From NCBI RefSeq assembly GCF_006345805.1, contig NC_043018.1:12958001-13022000 (forward strand): DNA of 64,000 nucleotides, in the 5' to 3' direction. The translations under genes were made by a program, and so were the position numbers. The notes under the pieces are model-generated. The model had not been told where the DNA came from and did not search any database. It saw only the letters and a list, made by a program, of their open reading frames with translations. Positions 12,180 through 26,682 of this stretch are shown here, piece by piece (positions within the stretch are counted from its first letter, which is position 1; the number at the start of each line of letters is the position of its first letter). Source of the DNA: Octopus sinensis (lineage: Eukaryota).

Positions 12180-12558
12180 CTCTCATATTGTTTATATTTA
12201 AATTCCTAGTTAACCATTCATTTAATAAGTGAAATTCTCATCTCTTGAGTCACTCCATTGCTTTGGCTAAATATTAATAAAATCATACAAATACTCATAT
12301 TTTGGGTTCTATTTTTCCTGTTTGCTTCACCACACTTGTAGTTAACCATTCAGTAATCATTGGTGGGATTATTGCTTTTAACCCTTCAGAAATTCTTACT
12401 CCCATGTGATGTAAGAACCCGACCTTGGTGATGCTGTTTGAAGCTTTTCATGTGAGAGATATGTTATAGCACCATATTTCATCAAGATAGACTTCATATC
12501 AGCACAAAACAACATAGACAAATATTCTTGATAAACTTCTGAGGTTCTTTATTATTAA

Positions 12559-12746
12559 CCCTTCAACATTCAAATTATTCCGTCACCTGTTATTCACATT
12601 GCTTTGAATTAGTCATGCTTTATCTCATGGCTTCAAGATTTTGATGATGTGGTTGTATGTTATTAAAATGATATTGCAGGATAGGTGTAAGAGGCCAGAT
12701 CTAGCTGGATATTTTGGCCGGTTTGACCAATTTAAATGCTAAACGG
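12559..12746. mobile_element. piggyBac-type MITE (degenerate)
   Basis: TTAA|CCCTTCAACATTCA ... AAATGCTAAACGG|TTAA; related internal sequence at about 45960-46110. Confidence 0.5.
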
Positions 12747-13189
12747 TTAAACATTACGAACTGTATGAGGGTATGTTTGTCCTAGACTACTCCCAGTTCA
12801 GGGTTCAAAGCAAGGGGCAGGATTACTTAAAGGTGAAACTTCCACTGTTTACCCACAAGAAAGTCTGGCCTTCTCGCTCACCTGAACTGAATCCATCCAT
12901 TTAGGTCAGTGCACATCATTGAATATAGGTCAGTGCAACAGTTTACGCAGTCACTACACTGAAGATTTCTATAAGGAAGGTATTCGGATTTAATTACATA
13001 AGTGGAGCATGGGGCTGAGGGGGGGGGGCTGATTCAGATTCCTTCATCCCTATTCATTCAATTATACTTGTTGATGTTGAACATATTGGATGATATCTGT
13101 CTTTATGTTGCATATGTGTGTGTGAGTGTGTGTGTGAGTGTGTGTGTGTGAGTGTGTGTGTGTGAGTGCATCATTTTATATCCATTTCC

Positions 13190-13560
13190 CTGCATAGACT
13201 GGATAAATCTTCTCCAGCACAAGATCTTGCCATTTGTTGTGGGTCCTTTTCATCTCCTTAATGAGATTTAGCTTCCTGAGACCAATTTTCACTTCTTCCC
13301 ATGTCTTCCTCAATTTCGATCTGCTGCAGATTCCTTCCATCTGAATTATAGAAGATTCTTTTTGCCCCAGCATCATCCTTTATGGGCATCACATATCCTT
13401 ACGACTAAAGTTTTCTCTCTTGCACACTACAACTGATTCATCTTACACACATTTTCTGAAAGTTTCTGTGTCCCCTGTTCTTAGTGTTGCTGCAATGCTT
13501 TCAAAACTCCCTTCTCCATTGCTAATTAGGTCACCTGCTTAGGTTATTAATACCTTCCAA
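13190..13560 (-). mobile_element. RTE-type LINE 3' fragment
   Basis: ORF 13176..13376 MEGICSRSKLRKTWEEVKIGLRKLNLIKEM..KWQDLVLEK resembles the RTE C-terminus and the copy at about 41170-41280. Confidence 0.65.
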
Positions 13561-14249
13561 GGTACTCTCTTCCCATTTGATTGAACATATTTCAGCAACA
13601 ACTTGCCATGTACAGTCATTCATCTTTGTCAGCCTCTGATCCCACCTCATCTCTTATACCCTCACACGTTTATATTGTGGTACACTGTACGGGGTTCCTA
13701 CCTGTTCCTTTCTTGCATATCAAGCTTGACCATATCCCAGACACCATTAAGGTCTGGTTTTCTTTCTTGTGGAGTAATACTTTTGGGTTCGCTATGTTTA
13801 TTTTGAGGATATGTTTAAAGTTTTTTCATTCCAATTTAAATCATTAAAATATTCAACTATGATAACTCGATCGTTGGTAATTACACGTTCCCGTACAAAG
13901 CAGGTCTTAAACACCTCTTTTATGAAATAGGAATCTGTAATAATTAAGTCCGGACAGACAGCTACATGCATGTTAAATTTTAATTGAACTTCTTGCTAAA
14001 TCATTTTGTTGACAGTATCTCTATACATGGCTTGCATAGCTCCCACACTATAGATATCTATATACCAGAGTAAGCACATAAATGTGAAACAAAGTGGAAA
14101 AAATAGTACTTGAATACCAGAGGTAGAGTAATGTGTTTTATCAATAAAGCGGCAAAAAACTGTCCGACGAACAGGAATATGACACTCATGAGTAACAGTT
14201 TTCATGATGCCTTTGCAGCTTTATTAATAAAGCATATATATATATATAA

Positions 14250-14293
<44 letters not shown>

Positions 14294-15299
14294 GTATATA
14301 AAATTAAAGAAGTTGAATGAACAATTGCAGTTTAATCAATGCTACATATGTTTTAATAGCAGGGCATTTTATTCATAAATTGTGCTTTACACACACACAC
14401 ATATACGTGTGTGTATTCATAAACACACACATACTGGTATATACATGTATGTATATGAGCAGTGATGAATTAGCTGAGTTGTTCATATGTCAGACAGAAT
14501 GATATGCAGCACTTTTCCAGCTCTCTGCTGGGTTTCAATGTGAGTGAGGTCAGTAAATAAAGTACCAGTCTGTAAATCGAGTTCTGGTCTAGAGCTAAAT
14601 TGTTAAAGCTGTTGAGACGATATCCTCACAGTATCTGGTTTGCATTTTTGCTTTTCTTAATTGAAATTGCCAGCTAGTAATACTTGTTGCTCTCTTCACA
14701 AACTCACTGTAGGATGATGTGACGGTGTACAAGAAGAGACAATGGAATCAAACAAACTCCTATTGTCTCAACACTGTTATACCATGGTTACCATGGTTAC
14801 AGGGGTTTTGAAGAATTACAACTGTGGGGATTGATATTTTGAATCTTTGCCCATTTTCTTATCAAACTCACAAGTGGAATGGTCTCAGGTTTTCAGAAAC
14901 ACACCTGACAGTAAACGAATTATTGAACTGGAGGACACCACCAACTTGGGAGTGAGTTGCTGTCTTGCAGACTTCCACATATTTTCTGTTATTTTGTTCT
15001 ATACCAGCTGTATTTAATGTGGCTTCTACAATCGGGTGGGTGGGTGGGGGATCTTAGTTTTCCTCATTTTCTTTCTTTCTTCTTATTCCATTTTTTGCAT
15101 CAACCTTCTTCACATTTTTTCACATCTTTTCCTATTTGTCACTGGCCAGCATCCCTGTTTTTCAAATATATATATAAAGATGCATAAACAGGGCCTGAAA
15201 GATTGCTTGGAGATATGAGGTTTATTTTATAAAGATGCCTAGTTAAAGTATCATAGAGGCATGAAACTATTAGTAGCTCTTTTGGTATGTGTATAAAAT

Positions 15300-15330
<31 letters not shown>

Positions 15331-15527
15331 TAAATATACGTTTATATGTATGTTTGTATACATATATTTATATGTGTATATATATGTGATGTGTATGTGT
15401 CTATATATATATGTATAATGTGTGTGTGTGTGTATATATATATACATACACGTGCACACACACACAGACATGTATATACATATGAATATTCATATATATA
15501 TATATATATGTATGTATTATATATATG

Positions 15528-15574
<47 letters not shown>

Positions 15575-15636
15575 ATTTGGTGAATTATGAAGAAATGGAG
15601 CTGAACGCAGATTGAACAGAAATCGTTCTATTTCAC

Positions 15637-15707
<71 letters not shown>

Positions 15708-15776
15708 ATAAAACGGTAAGATAAACAAGAAAGAAAGAGACCTCAATATTATGTAAATAGAGGAAATTTATCTATT

Positions 15777-15851
15777 CAATATGTTACATTACTCGGTAGT
15801 CAAGATAAAACTCAGAGTTTTATCTTGACTACCGAGTAATGTAACATATTG
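15777..15851. repeat. perfect palindrome, 37-bp arms, 1-nt spacer
   Basis: CAATATGTTACATTACTCGGTAGTCAAGATAAAACTC-A-GAGTTTTATCTTGACTACCGAGTAATGTAACATATTG; 7 more pairs follow after one mismatch. Confidence 0.95.
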
Positions 15852-15897
15852 TATAGATATATATATTATATATATATTATATATAAAATAAATATAA

Positions 15898-15949
15898 GAG
15901 AGTGGTCACTATATGGCTCACTCTAGTGAGCCATATAGTGACCACTCTC
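15898..15949. repeat. perfect palindrome, 25-bp arms, 2-nt spacer
   Basis: GAGAGTGGTCACTATATGGCTCACT-CT-AGTGAGCCATATAGTGACCACTCTC. Confidence 0.95.
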
Positions 15950-16111
15950 ATATTTATTTTGTAAAAATATTATAATATATTATAAAATATTATAATAATC
16001 CAGGTTTCTCGGAGCACTAGGCCACTTGGTGTAGAATAGATATACTATTAATTAGTATCTAATTCTCTCACCCTTATTAATTAATTATATATATAATATA
16101 TATATATACAT

Positions 16112-16160
<49 letters not shown>

Positions 16161-16586
16161 GCATATGTGTGTGGAAGGGGTAAAGATTTATATTTTATGT
16201 ATTTGTATGTGTTTATGTGTGTGTGAACATCATATGTGTGTATATGCATATCCCCTCCATTTTCTTATTACTCTATAAATTAATGGTAAAATAACTCTTT
16301 ACCTTCACCCATTTAGTACACTCGGTAATGTAATTGCAATGCAATAAACAAACACTTGTGTATTAATAATTGGGTATTCTACCAGCAGTATATTGGGTAG
16401 ATATTATCCCTTAGTGAGTTGGATTCACAACCCCTAACTTTATTGGGGTTTATACACACACACACATTCAAATATGAATTAGAAGTAGCTCAATATATAT
16501 ATCACATTGTTCTGAATCAGAGTCCTCACATGTTGCATGTGAATGTGAATGTAAAGATATGCTGATAATGACTATATATATATATG

Positions 16587-16631
<45 letters not shown>

Positions 16632-16776
16632 AGTAGTTGAATGAATTATCTTATTATGGATAATTCGGTTAACCGATACCTGGGTAGCAAATTCATGTCA
16701 GAAAAACACGGTTGAAGCTACATGCCTAGGGCAGAGATAACGTGCTTTCGTGTGGAAATTTGTGTGTTTTTTTAAA

Positions 16777-16976
16777 TACAAATAAATGAAAGAATGGAGT
16801 TGAATGACGAATTAACAAAATTCCTTTATTCTCGACATTCCTTGTTTTTCCTGATGAGAAGGCGGCACAATGCACCCCTTATTCCTTCGAAATTAGGAAT
16901 ATGCAGCCTTCGAAACATATGTCGAGAATAAAGGAATTTTGTTAATTCGTTGTTCAACTCCATTCTTTCATTTATT

Positions 16977-16980
<4 letters not shown>
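16777..16980. mobile_element. Penelope-like/retrozyme-type element with 62-bp inverted arms, abutting (TA)n
   Basis: 16777-16838 is the reverse complement of 16919-16980 (2 mismatches). The element contains a hammerhead ribozyme, and its right end runs into (TA)n. Confidence 0.7.
16837..16937 (+). ncRNA. type I hammerhead ribozyme (minimal stem III, PLE/retrozyme type)
   Basis: CUGAUGA 16851-16857; stem II GAAGGC 16858-63 / GCCUUC 16906-11; GAAA 16912-15; stem III C-AUAU-G (palindrome CAUAUG); cleavage triplet GUC 16921-23; stem I AUUCCUU-GU-UUUUC / GAGAA-UA-AAGGAAU. Confidence 0.82.
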
Positions 16981-17015
<35 letters not shown>

Positions 17016-17271
17016 TCATTGCTGTTATGTTAAACTGTCATGTCCAAATTTGGCCAAATTGTGTTTTTTTTTTTTCAATATTTACTTTTGCTTGCAATAG
17101 CCAGTTTTTGGTCAAACTATAATATCTCCAGCTGGTTCAGATTCCAAGGAATCAAAGATTGCCAAAGTGTAGTGCGACAGTTTTCCTATGGAGTGGTGAA
17201 ACTGTTTTTTCATTTTCTGAAAAGTAATGTTTTGGACTTACAACACTTTTGCATAATGGCAATAATATATA

Positions 17272-17311
<40 letters not shown>

Positions 17312-18078
17312 TATAATATATATATTATATATACATATATATATATATATAATCTTCAGCTGTATTAATTCAGAAATATATATATATAGAGAGAGAGAGA
17401 AGGGGGGGAATGATCAAGATAGAGACACTTACACAGAGAAGTGTCTGCACATATGTGTGTGTGTGTGTGTTTGTGTATGCAAACTGTTTTCATTAGTTTT
17501 TATACACATACAGGTAAGTGCATAAAAGCTATTCTATGTGTATATATATACCTGCATACCAGAATCAGTTCCAGTAAGGATCACTAGCGCCCATTTGGGT
17601 TACTTTCAACACAGATACCAACAGGCAACTATGGTTGGGACTTAATGATTTTAATAACTAAAATATAAATAAAGGTGTGTTTAAACACACCTGGGCAGAG
17701 AAAATGCCCTGTAATTGTTCATGGTCCATTGGTTGATCATTATTCTAGGAAACTTCTTCCCCAAGGAATTTGTTGTGAACATTCTGTAATTTAGTAGGTG
17801 TTTTTTTTTTTTCCTGCTGTCTTCTTGCCTTGCTGCGCTCACCCCCCCCCCTTTTAGGTTCTTAAATTCAACCAGAAATCATAAACACAAGAAGACTGTG
17901 AAATGAAATAGCTCAGCCAGGAATTGAACCTACATTGCAGAGCAAGCTTGCCAGGATCTTGCCACCACTCTATGGTGCTCACATTTATCTGTCTGTCTGC
18001 CTGTCACCCACCTCTTTCCTTATACACACACACATACACACACATATATCAGTATTCACAAATACATCTGTGTTTGGG

Positions 18079-18118
<40 letters not shown>

Positions 18119-18679
18119 TATATATGTATGTATACATATGTATATATACGTCTGTGTGTGTATTTATATGAACATTTACACACGTGAACACGGTTGTATA
18201 TATGTTTACATATATTTGTGGGCGGGTGTGGTTATATGGGTCACCCACTTAGATTCTGTTGAAGTGTCTTAACCATAGAAATAGCTGGTTGCCCAGGTAT
18301 TCTATAGGGTCAGCCATTTGTGACATTACCTGTATACACGTGGGTGTGTTCAAACAGATTTTCCTGTATATGTGTGTACATATACATATGTGTGCGAGTG
18401 TATATATACACACACACACACATACATATATGAATATGTGTGTGTGTGTGTGTGAAAATATAGTATGTGAAGACAATCAGAGATTGTAGCAGTTAAAAAG
18501 TGTAAATAATGATATGAAGAGTAAGGTTTAAGCAGACACTGAAGAACCTTCACTTTCCTCAAAGAACAAAATATTCTTTTGGTTTTTTGTTTTTTTTTTT
18601 CGTTTTAGTTCATTTAAAATTGAAAATGTTTCCTTGAACCAACAAAGCCCTGAATTTTGATGAGAACTTGTAAATTGAA

Positions 18680-18683
18680 AATG

Positions 18684-18756
<73 letters not shown>

Positions 18757-18907
18757 TATACATACATACATATATATATTATATATATCTAATATATATA
18801 TATAAATATATACATACCTCATATATATATATTATATAATATATATATATAATATATATATATATATATAATATATACATACATATATATTATATATATA
18901 ATAATAT

Positions 18908-18960
<53 letters not shown>

Positions 18961-19124
18961 TATACATACATATATATATATATCTATATAATATATATAT
19001 ATTATATAACATATATATGTGTGTGTATATATATGTATATATAGTATATATAGGTGTCTATATGTTGTATATATATGTATGTATATATATATATGTATAA
19101 TATAGTATTATATATATATTTATG

Positions 19125-19155
<31 letters not shown>

Positions 19156-19420
19156 GTGTATATATATATATATATATATGTGTATATATATATATATGTG
19201 TGTGTATATATGTATGTATATAGATGTATGTGTATATATGTATGTATATATATATATGTATATATATATATGTATGTATATATATATACGTGTATGTATG
19301 TGCGTATATATATATAATATATATATATGAAAGATAAAGGACATATACATATGTGTGTGTTTGGATATATATATATATATATATATGTCTATGTATATAA
19401 CTATATATAATATAAAGTTT
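18680..19420. repeat. compound (TA)n/(TG)n microsatellite block
   Basis: About 740 bp of nearly pure TA/TG/CA dinucleotides. Confidence 0.95.
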
Positions 19421-19534
19421 TGTTTTTAAATCATTAAATTATTTAACATGCAATGATGCCTTATTTCACTTGTAATATTTTTGTTTAAGTTCAACAAAAT
19501 AAGAAATAAAAATCAGTTCCTACAATAACTTCTA

Positions 19535-21360
<1,826 letters not shown>

Positions 21361-21513
21361 CTATTATTGTAAGGATTCATGACATAGAGGTTAGGCTGTT
21401 GCACTCATGGTTGTGAAATCGTGGTTTCCGTTCCTAGATCAGGTGATGCATTGTATTCTTAAGCATGACTTTTACATCTCACGTTTCTCTGCTATCCCTT
21501 CAACACTTGACGT

Positions 21514-21978
21514 GTGCTACACTGGGCCCCTGTTCATAATTTGAAACTCCGACGTCTGGCAGCTGACTTCGCAGACACCCATAAAATTATTAACCATCTT
21601 ACTAACAATAACTCTGAGCACCTCTTCAAACTCCACCCATCTAACACCCGTGGACATATTTACAAAGTCAGAAAACAGCACAGCTCCCATGACTTTCGGA
21701 AACATTTTTTCACTCTAAGATTTGCTGAAGCATGGAACAAACTGCCGGCATCAGTTGTTAGTTGTTGGAGCACTGCATCCTTCAAAACTTCCATGCTTCC
21801 TGAGATTCGCCAACACTACACCTGATTTTCTCCCCTCCATACACACACGCAAGCATGTATGTGACTCATACACTGTTCACTTCCCAGACATTTGTACATT
21901 ACTGCAGATGCTTTATACACACTTTTGACAAGTTGTGGAGCACCTGAGCACTGTATACAATAATTTCATTATTATTAT
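21514..21978 (+). mobile_element. CR1-type LINE 3' end with (ATT)n tail
   Basis: ORF 21514..21825 ...SNTRGHIYKVRKQHSSHDFRKHFFTLRFAEAWNKLPASVV; related copies at about 38975-39310 (-) and 54272-54520 (-). Confidence 0.85.
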
Positions 21979-22038
21979 TTTTTGTTTTTGGATTTTGTTT
22001 GCAAGATTCTTTATTTGAGTTCGTGTGTTGAAGCATAT

Positions 22039-22244
22039 TCTGTTGTGTCTGGGGAGAGTCATTTTCTTTTTGTGCCTTATTATTTAACACACTCACTGGT
22101 AAAATTTCCACTTATTTCTTATTTTTGTTTTCCTAAAATTTTCGTTGCGTCTTGCAACCTTTTCAATAGTCAAGACTATTTTACCAGTGAGTGTGTTAAA
22201 TTATAAGGCACAAAAAGAAAATGACTCTCCCCAGACACAACAGA
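22039..22244. repeat. inverted repeat, 67-bp arms (1 mismatch), 72-bp spacer
   Basis: 22039-22105 is the reverse complement of 22178-22244. Confidence 0.93.
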
Positions 22245-24099
22245 TTGATATTATTATCATACAACATTGATTTGATGAAAGGAATGAACTAATGTACAGC
22301 ACATACATTTGATTATTATAAACAAATCATTTGTGCCGGTCGTTCAGCAAAGGCCAAACACTCGTACATCGTCTTTGACGGGAGAGTCCGTCATTATTGT
22401 TATTATTTTTAAGGTTGGTGCTAATGATGTCATAAGAATTTTATATGTGACAAGAGACAGTGTTGATGATGATGATCACTCGTAATAATTTATGCATGAG
22501 CTTAACATTGGAAATATGTAGGGTAGTTGCGTAATTAGTTAAGATGACCCTCTACTCCTACACCCCCCCCTCACTGTGTGCCTAATACTTATTAAATTAA
22601 TCTAAGGGAAGGGTGAGGATGTCAAATAGAGTTGAACTTAGCTGTAGGATTAAAAACCCAGAACATAAACCGATTAATCAAATTACTCTTAAGCAATTAG
22701 CATAACACATTGTCATTTCTACTACTCCACTTATTCTATAATAATAATAATAATGAATAATAATAATAATAATGATAATAATAATGAATAATGATGATAA
22801 TAATAATAATGAATATCAACAATAATAATTCTGATAATTTATTTGCCACAGGGGCATCAGATAAGAGGGTTATTACAAGGGTAGTTTAGAATTTGTGTTG
22901 GGGGTCTGCATAAAGATGAGGGGAACAAAGGGAAAGAAGGGGGAAATGAGATAAAAGTAATATGTAGAATGAAGAATATATTTATGATGATGCAATCCTG
23001 GTAGAGGAAAATCTCCAGCTTGGGTCATTCAAGGAACCCTGTAGGTCTGATCTCAACTGTTCTTCAATCTACAGGCACATGCTTCATTCACCTTAGCCAT
23101 TTTTGCCACAGTCACTCACCTTTATGACAAATTCACTGAGAGAGAGAGAGAGAGAGAGCACCTCCCTGTCAACCCTCACATTTTTTTCCAGGTGGAACTT
23201 TTCAAAAGTTGGTGAAAGCTTGACTGAAGAAGAAGGTGTCTTTCCTTGCTCATTTAAGCCTTGGCTTTTAGCCTCCTTTACTATGGCCACTAGACAGAGC
23301 AACATCACCAGTCCTACCTTGTTAGAGATGGGTGATTGGGTGATCCTCACAATGGACTCAGCCTAGAGTCTGATTCATCCAATAATATTACTAATCCGTT
23401 TACTTACCTGACACCGGGGCGCTCATTCATGCACCTAAAATGTGTCACAAAAGGGGTTTATAGGATATGTGTGGAGTTATATAACATGAGGGCAAAGTGT
23501 GGAAGCAAGGCTATTGTACTATGTGTGTGTGTGTATATTGATATAGATATCATCTTTTATCTGTTTCAGTCATTAAACTGTGGCCATGCTGGGGTACTGC
23601 CTTGAAGAACTTTTAGTTGAATGATTTGACCCCAGTACTTCTTTTTGTTTTACTCTTCGTACATATATATATATATATATATATGTATATGTTAAAAATG
23701 TTATACAAATTTCTAGACAAGTATATATATATATATATATATATACATTATGTGTGAATCTAGGCATAGGTATGTGGTTAAGAAGTTTGCTTTCCAACTA
23801 AATGGTTTCATGTTCAGTGTCAATGCGTGGTGTCTTGGGCAAGTATCTCCTACAATAGTCCAGGCTAGACAAGTCTTGTGAGTGGATTTTGTAGATGAAC
23901 ACTGAAAAACGCTCATCACACACACACCTTTATATGTATGTATATATATTTATACAAAAAATACATATATATATAATATAATATATATATTAATATATAT
24001 TATATATATATATATAATGTTTCGCATAGCCCCAGCCCATCCAAAGTACCTTCGATTACAGAACAACCTGCTGTGCTTACCTTGGATCGTAGGGTGACC

Positions 24100-24505
24100 T
24101 GCTGTGCTTGAGGAGACCTATTGAGTCAAGTACATCAACATCAAAATAAATATCAAATGGAAATTGTAGTTGTGATACCCGTGCCGGTGGCATGTAAAAA
24201 GCACCATTTGAATGTGGCTGATGCCAACCCTGCCTTGACTGGCTTCTGTGCCAGTGGCACGTAAAAAGCACCAACTGATCGTGGCGCTGCCAGCCTCCTC
24301 TGGCACCTGTGCCGGTAGCACGTAAAAAGCACCCACTACACTCACGGAGTGGTTGGCATTAGGAAGGGCATCAAGCTGTAGAAACACTGCCAGATCAGAC
24401 TGGAGCCTGGTGCAGCCTCCTGGCTTCCCAGACCCCGGTCAAACCGTCCAACCCGTGCTAGCACGGAAAACGGACGTTAAATGTTGATGATGATGATGAT
24501 GATGA
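24100..24505 (+). mobile_element. SINE family C
   Basis: GGTGGCACGTAAAAAGCACC repeats and a GGAAAACGGACGTTAAA-(GAT)n tail. Confidence 0.8.
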
Positions 24506-25289
24506 TATATATATATAAGAAAATGGGATGGCAAGGAATAAACGATTATGTTATGAACTTCATTAGCTTACAGCTGTTTCAGCTATATGATGCAGTGGAC
24601 TGGTGTGCCATTATCAGACGGATTGTCATGATGGGTGTGTTGGGCTTTGTATATTTGTACCCCAGTGTCATTTTGATAGTATGCACTGTTCTCTCACACA
24701 ATAATAATGATGATGATAATAATAATAATAATAATCAATTCTTTTTTATTGGCCACAAGGGCTGACACTGTTTCAAATTTTGGCACAAGGTCAGCATATT
24801 TAAGGGAAGGGGCTTATTCAATTACATTAACCCTGGTACTTGATTGGTACTTTATTTTATCAATCCTGAACAGTGGAAACACAAAAGTGACCTTGGCTGG
24901 ATTTGAAATCAGAATGCGGAGAAAAAATGCTTGGTTTTACGTATTCTCAGTTAACCATTCTCTCTCTCGACCTCAGAACCTTTTTCAAAGAATGTTGTCT
25001 GCTGGATATCTATGTTTTATCCACACAGATATTGATCTCTCGGCAGATTCCATATATTGCCAGAGTTAACCATCATATTTGGGCCAGGGCAACATTTCTA
25101 AGAAACTTGCCCATTGGACATCTGTGCTGTATTCAAGCAGATATTGATCCCTCAGGGAATTACTGCTATAGATATTGATCATCCAGTTTTATGGTTCCTG
25201 AATGACCAATTTAAACCTAACCAATAAAGCAAATTGTTCCAATTTACTCAGAAAGACCTTGCAAAGAAAACATTCCAAATCAGATGTAC

Positions 25290-25658
25290 ACTGCCCCACT
25301 GCCACCACTACCATCACCACCACCACCATCACAGCCACCACCACCACCATCACTATCACCACTACCACCACCACTACCATCACCACCACCACAGCCACCA
25401 CCACCATCACCACTACCATCACCACCACCATCACCATCACCATCACCACTACCACCACCACTACCATAACCACTACCATCACCACCACACCACCACCACT
25501 ACCACACCACCACCACCACCATCACAGCCACCAATACCATACCACCACCACCATCACAGCCACCACCACCATCAACTATCAACCACTACCACCACCACTA
25601 CCAGCCCCACCACCATCACAGCCACCACCACCATCACCACTACCATCACCACCACCAC
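25290..25658. repeat. (CAC/CAT)n trinucleotide low-complexity tract
   Basis: Runs directly into the assembly gap. Confidence 0.9.
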
Positions 25659-25758
25659 NNNNNNNNNNNNNNNNNNNNNNNNNNNNNNNNNNNNNNNNNN
25701 NNNNNNNNNNNNNNNNNNNNNNNNNNNNNNNNNNNNNNNNNNNNNNNNNNNNNNNNNN
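25659..25758. other. assembly gap (100 N)
   Basis: Exactly 100 N, typical of a scaffolding gap of unknown size. Confidence 0.98.
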
Positions 25759-26497
25759 CCTCCACCACTTTTTGTTGACTTAGCCCCCTCACCATCCCTC
25801 ACTCGTTCTACCCACCCGCCCACCCACCGCCTATTTATCCTCTTCCTTCTACCTTCTCCCCAGTATACTTTATTGTTCTTACTATTCTCCTGCTCTTCAC
25901 TTTTTTTCTGTACTGCTACTCATCACCCACACTACTCAATCCACCCCCCCCTATTCATATGTGTCACTGACCACCCCTCCATCCTTGTTGACCTTTCGTT
26001 GCATTCCACCCCCATCCCTCAATTCCCCCCACCCCCACCCCATACATCTTTGCATTCTATACCCGTCCGCCCTTCTAGCAGTTCCTTCCCCACTCTTTTT
26101 GCTATTCACCTTCTCGTAGCTCGGGGACACACTCTGACACGTTGTCACAACCATCTTCATCTTGCGTTCCAGCTCCAAACCAATTATTACCATCCACTCT
26201 TACGTAATATAATGGAGACACATGGCTTAGTGGTTAAGGTGTTGGACTCATGATTGAAAGATTGTGGTTTCGATTCCTGGACCAGGCAATGCATTGTGTT
26301 CTTGAGCAAAACACTTCATTTCACATCGCTCCAGTCCACTCAGCTGGTGAAAAAGAGGAATCTTTGATGGACCAACATTCTCAAGATTAATCGATATATG
26401 TGCCAGAGAAACTGTGAAACCAGCCCTATACTCCTTACGGAGTACTCTAGACTAACCTTAACTCTTATATAATGCAAGGTAGCTGCGTCTCTCCTCT

Positions 26498-26682
26498 TGT
26501 TGTTTGGACGCCCCCAGACGATGAAGTAGGTCAGCCCAATGCGTAGATATAGAGGGAGAAGTGTAGACATCATTAGACTAGAGTCGACCAGAGCACAGTT
26601 GAGTATCTGTCGGTACAGTGAAGCAGAGTAGGAATTGAGAAGAGGTCATCCAAACGTGCGACATAACAGTGGGGACGAGGAT
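26498..26682 (+). mobile_element. LTR (26498-26668) followed by primer-binding site (26670-26682)
   Basis: TGTTG...TAACA termini sharing the 5' ~45 bp and 3' ~20 bp with the solo LTR at 50050. It is followed by TGGGGACGAGGAT, a 12/13 match to the complement of the tRNA-Ser(GCU) 3' end (sequence recalled from memory). No TSD. Confidence 0.65.

Noticed and set aside
14897-14951. Candidate + strand exon NTPDSKRIIELEDTTNLG with a gtgagt donor
   Set aside because: Weak acceptor, no recognisable homolog, and no convincing partner exons.
22130-22175. TTGAAAA-GTTGC/GCAAC-GAAA on the minus strand (hammerhead-like)
   Set aside because: The core deviates at two invariant positions and there is no stem III.
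25189-26253. Poly-Thr/His/Pro ORFs (mucin- or extensin-like)
   Set aside because: (CAC)n low complexity spanning an N gap, open in all frames.
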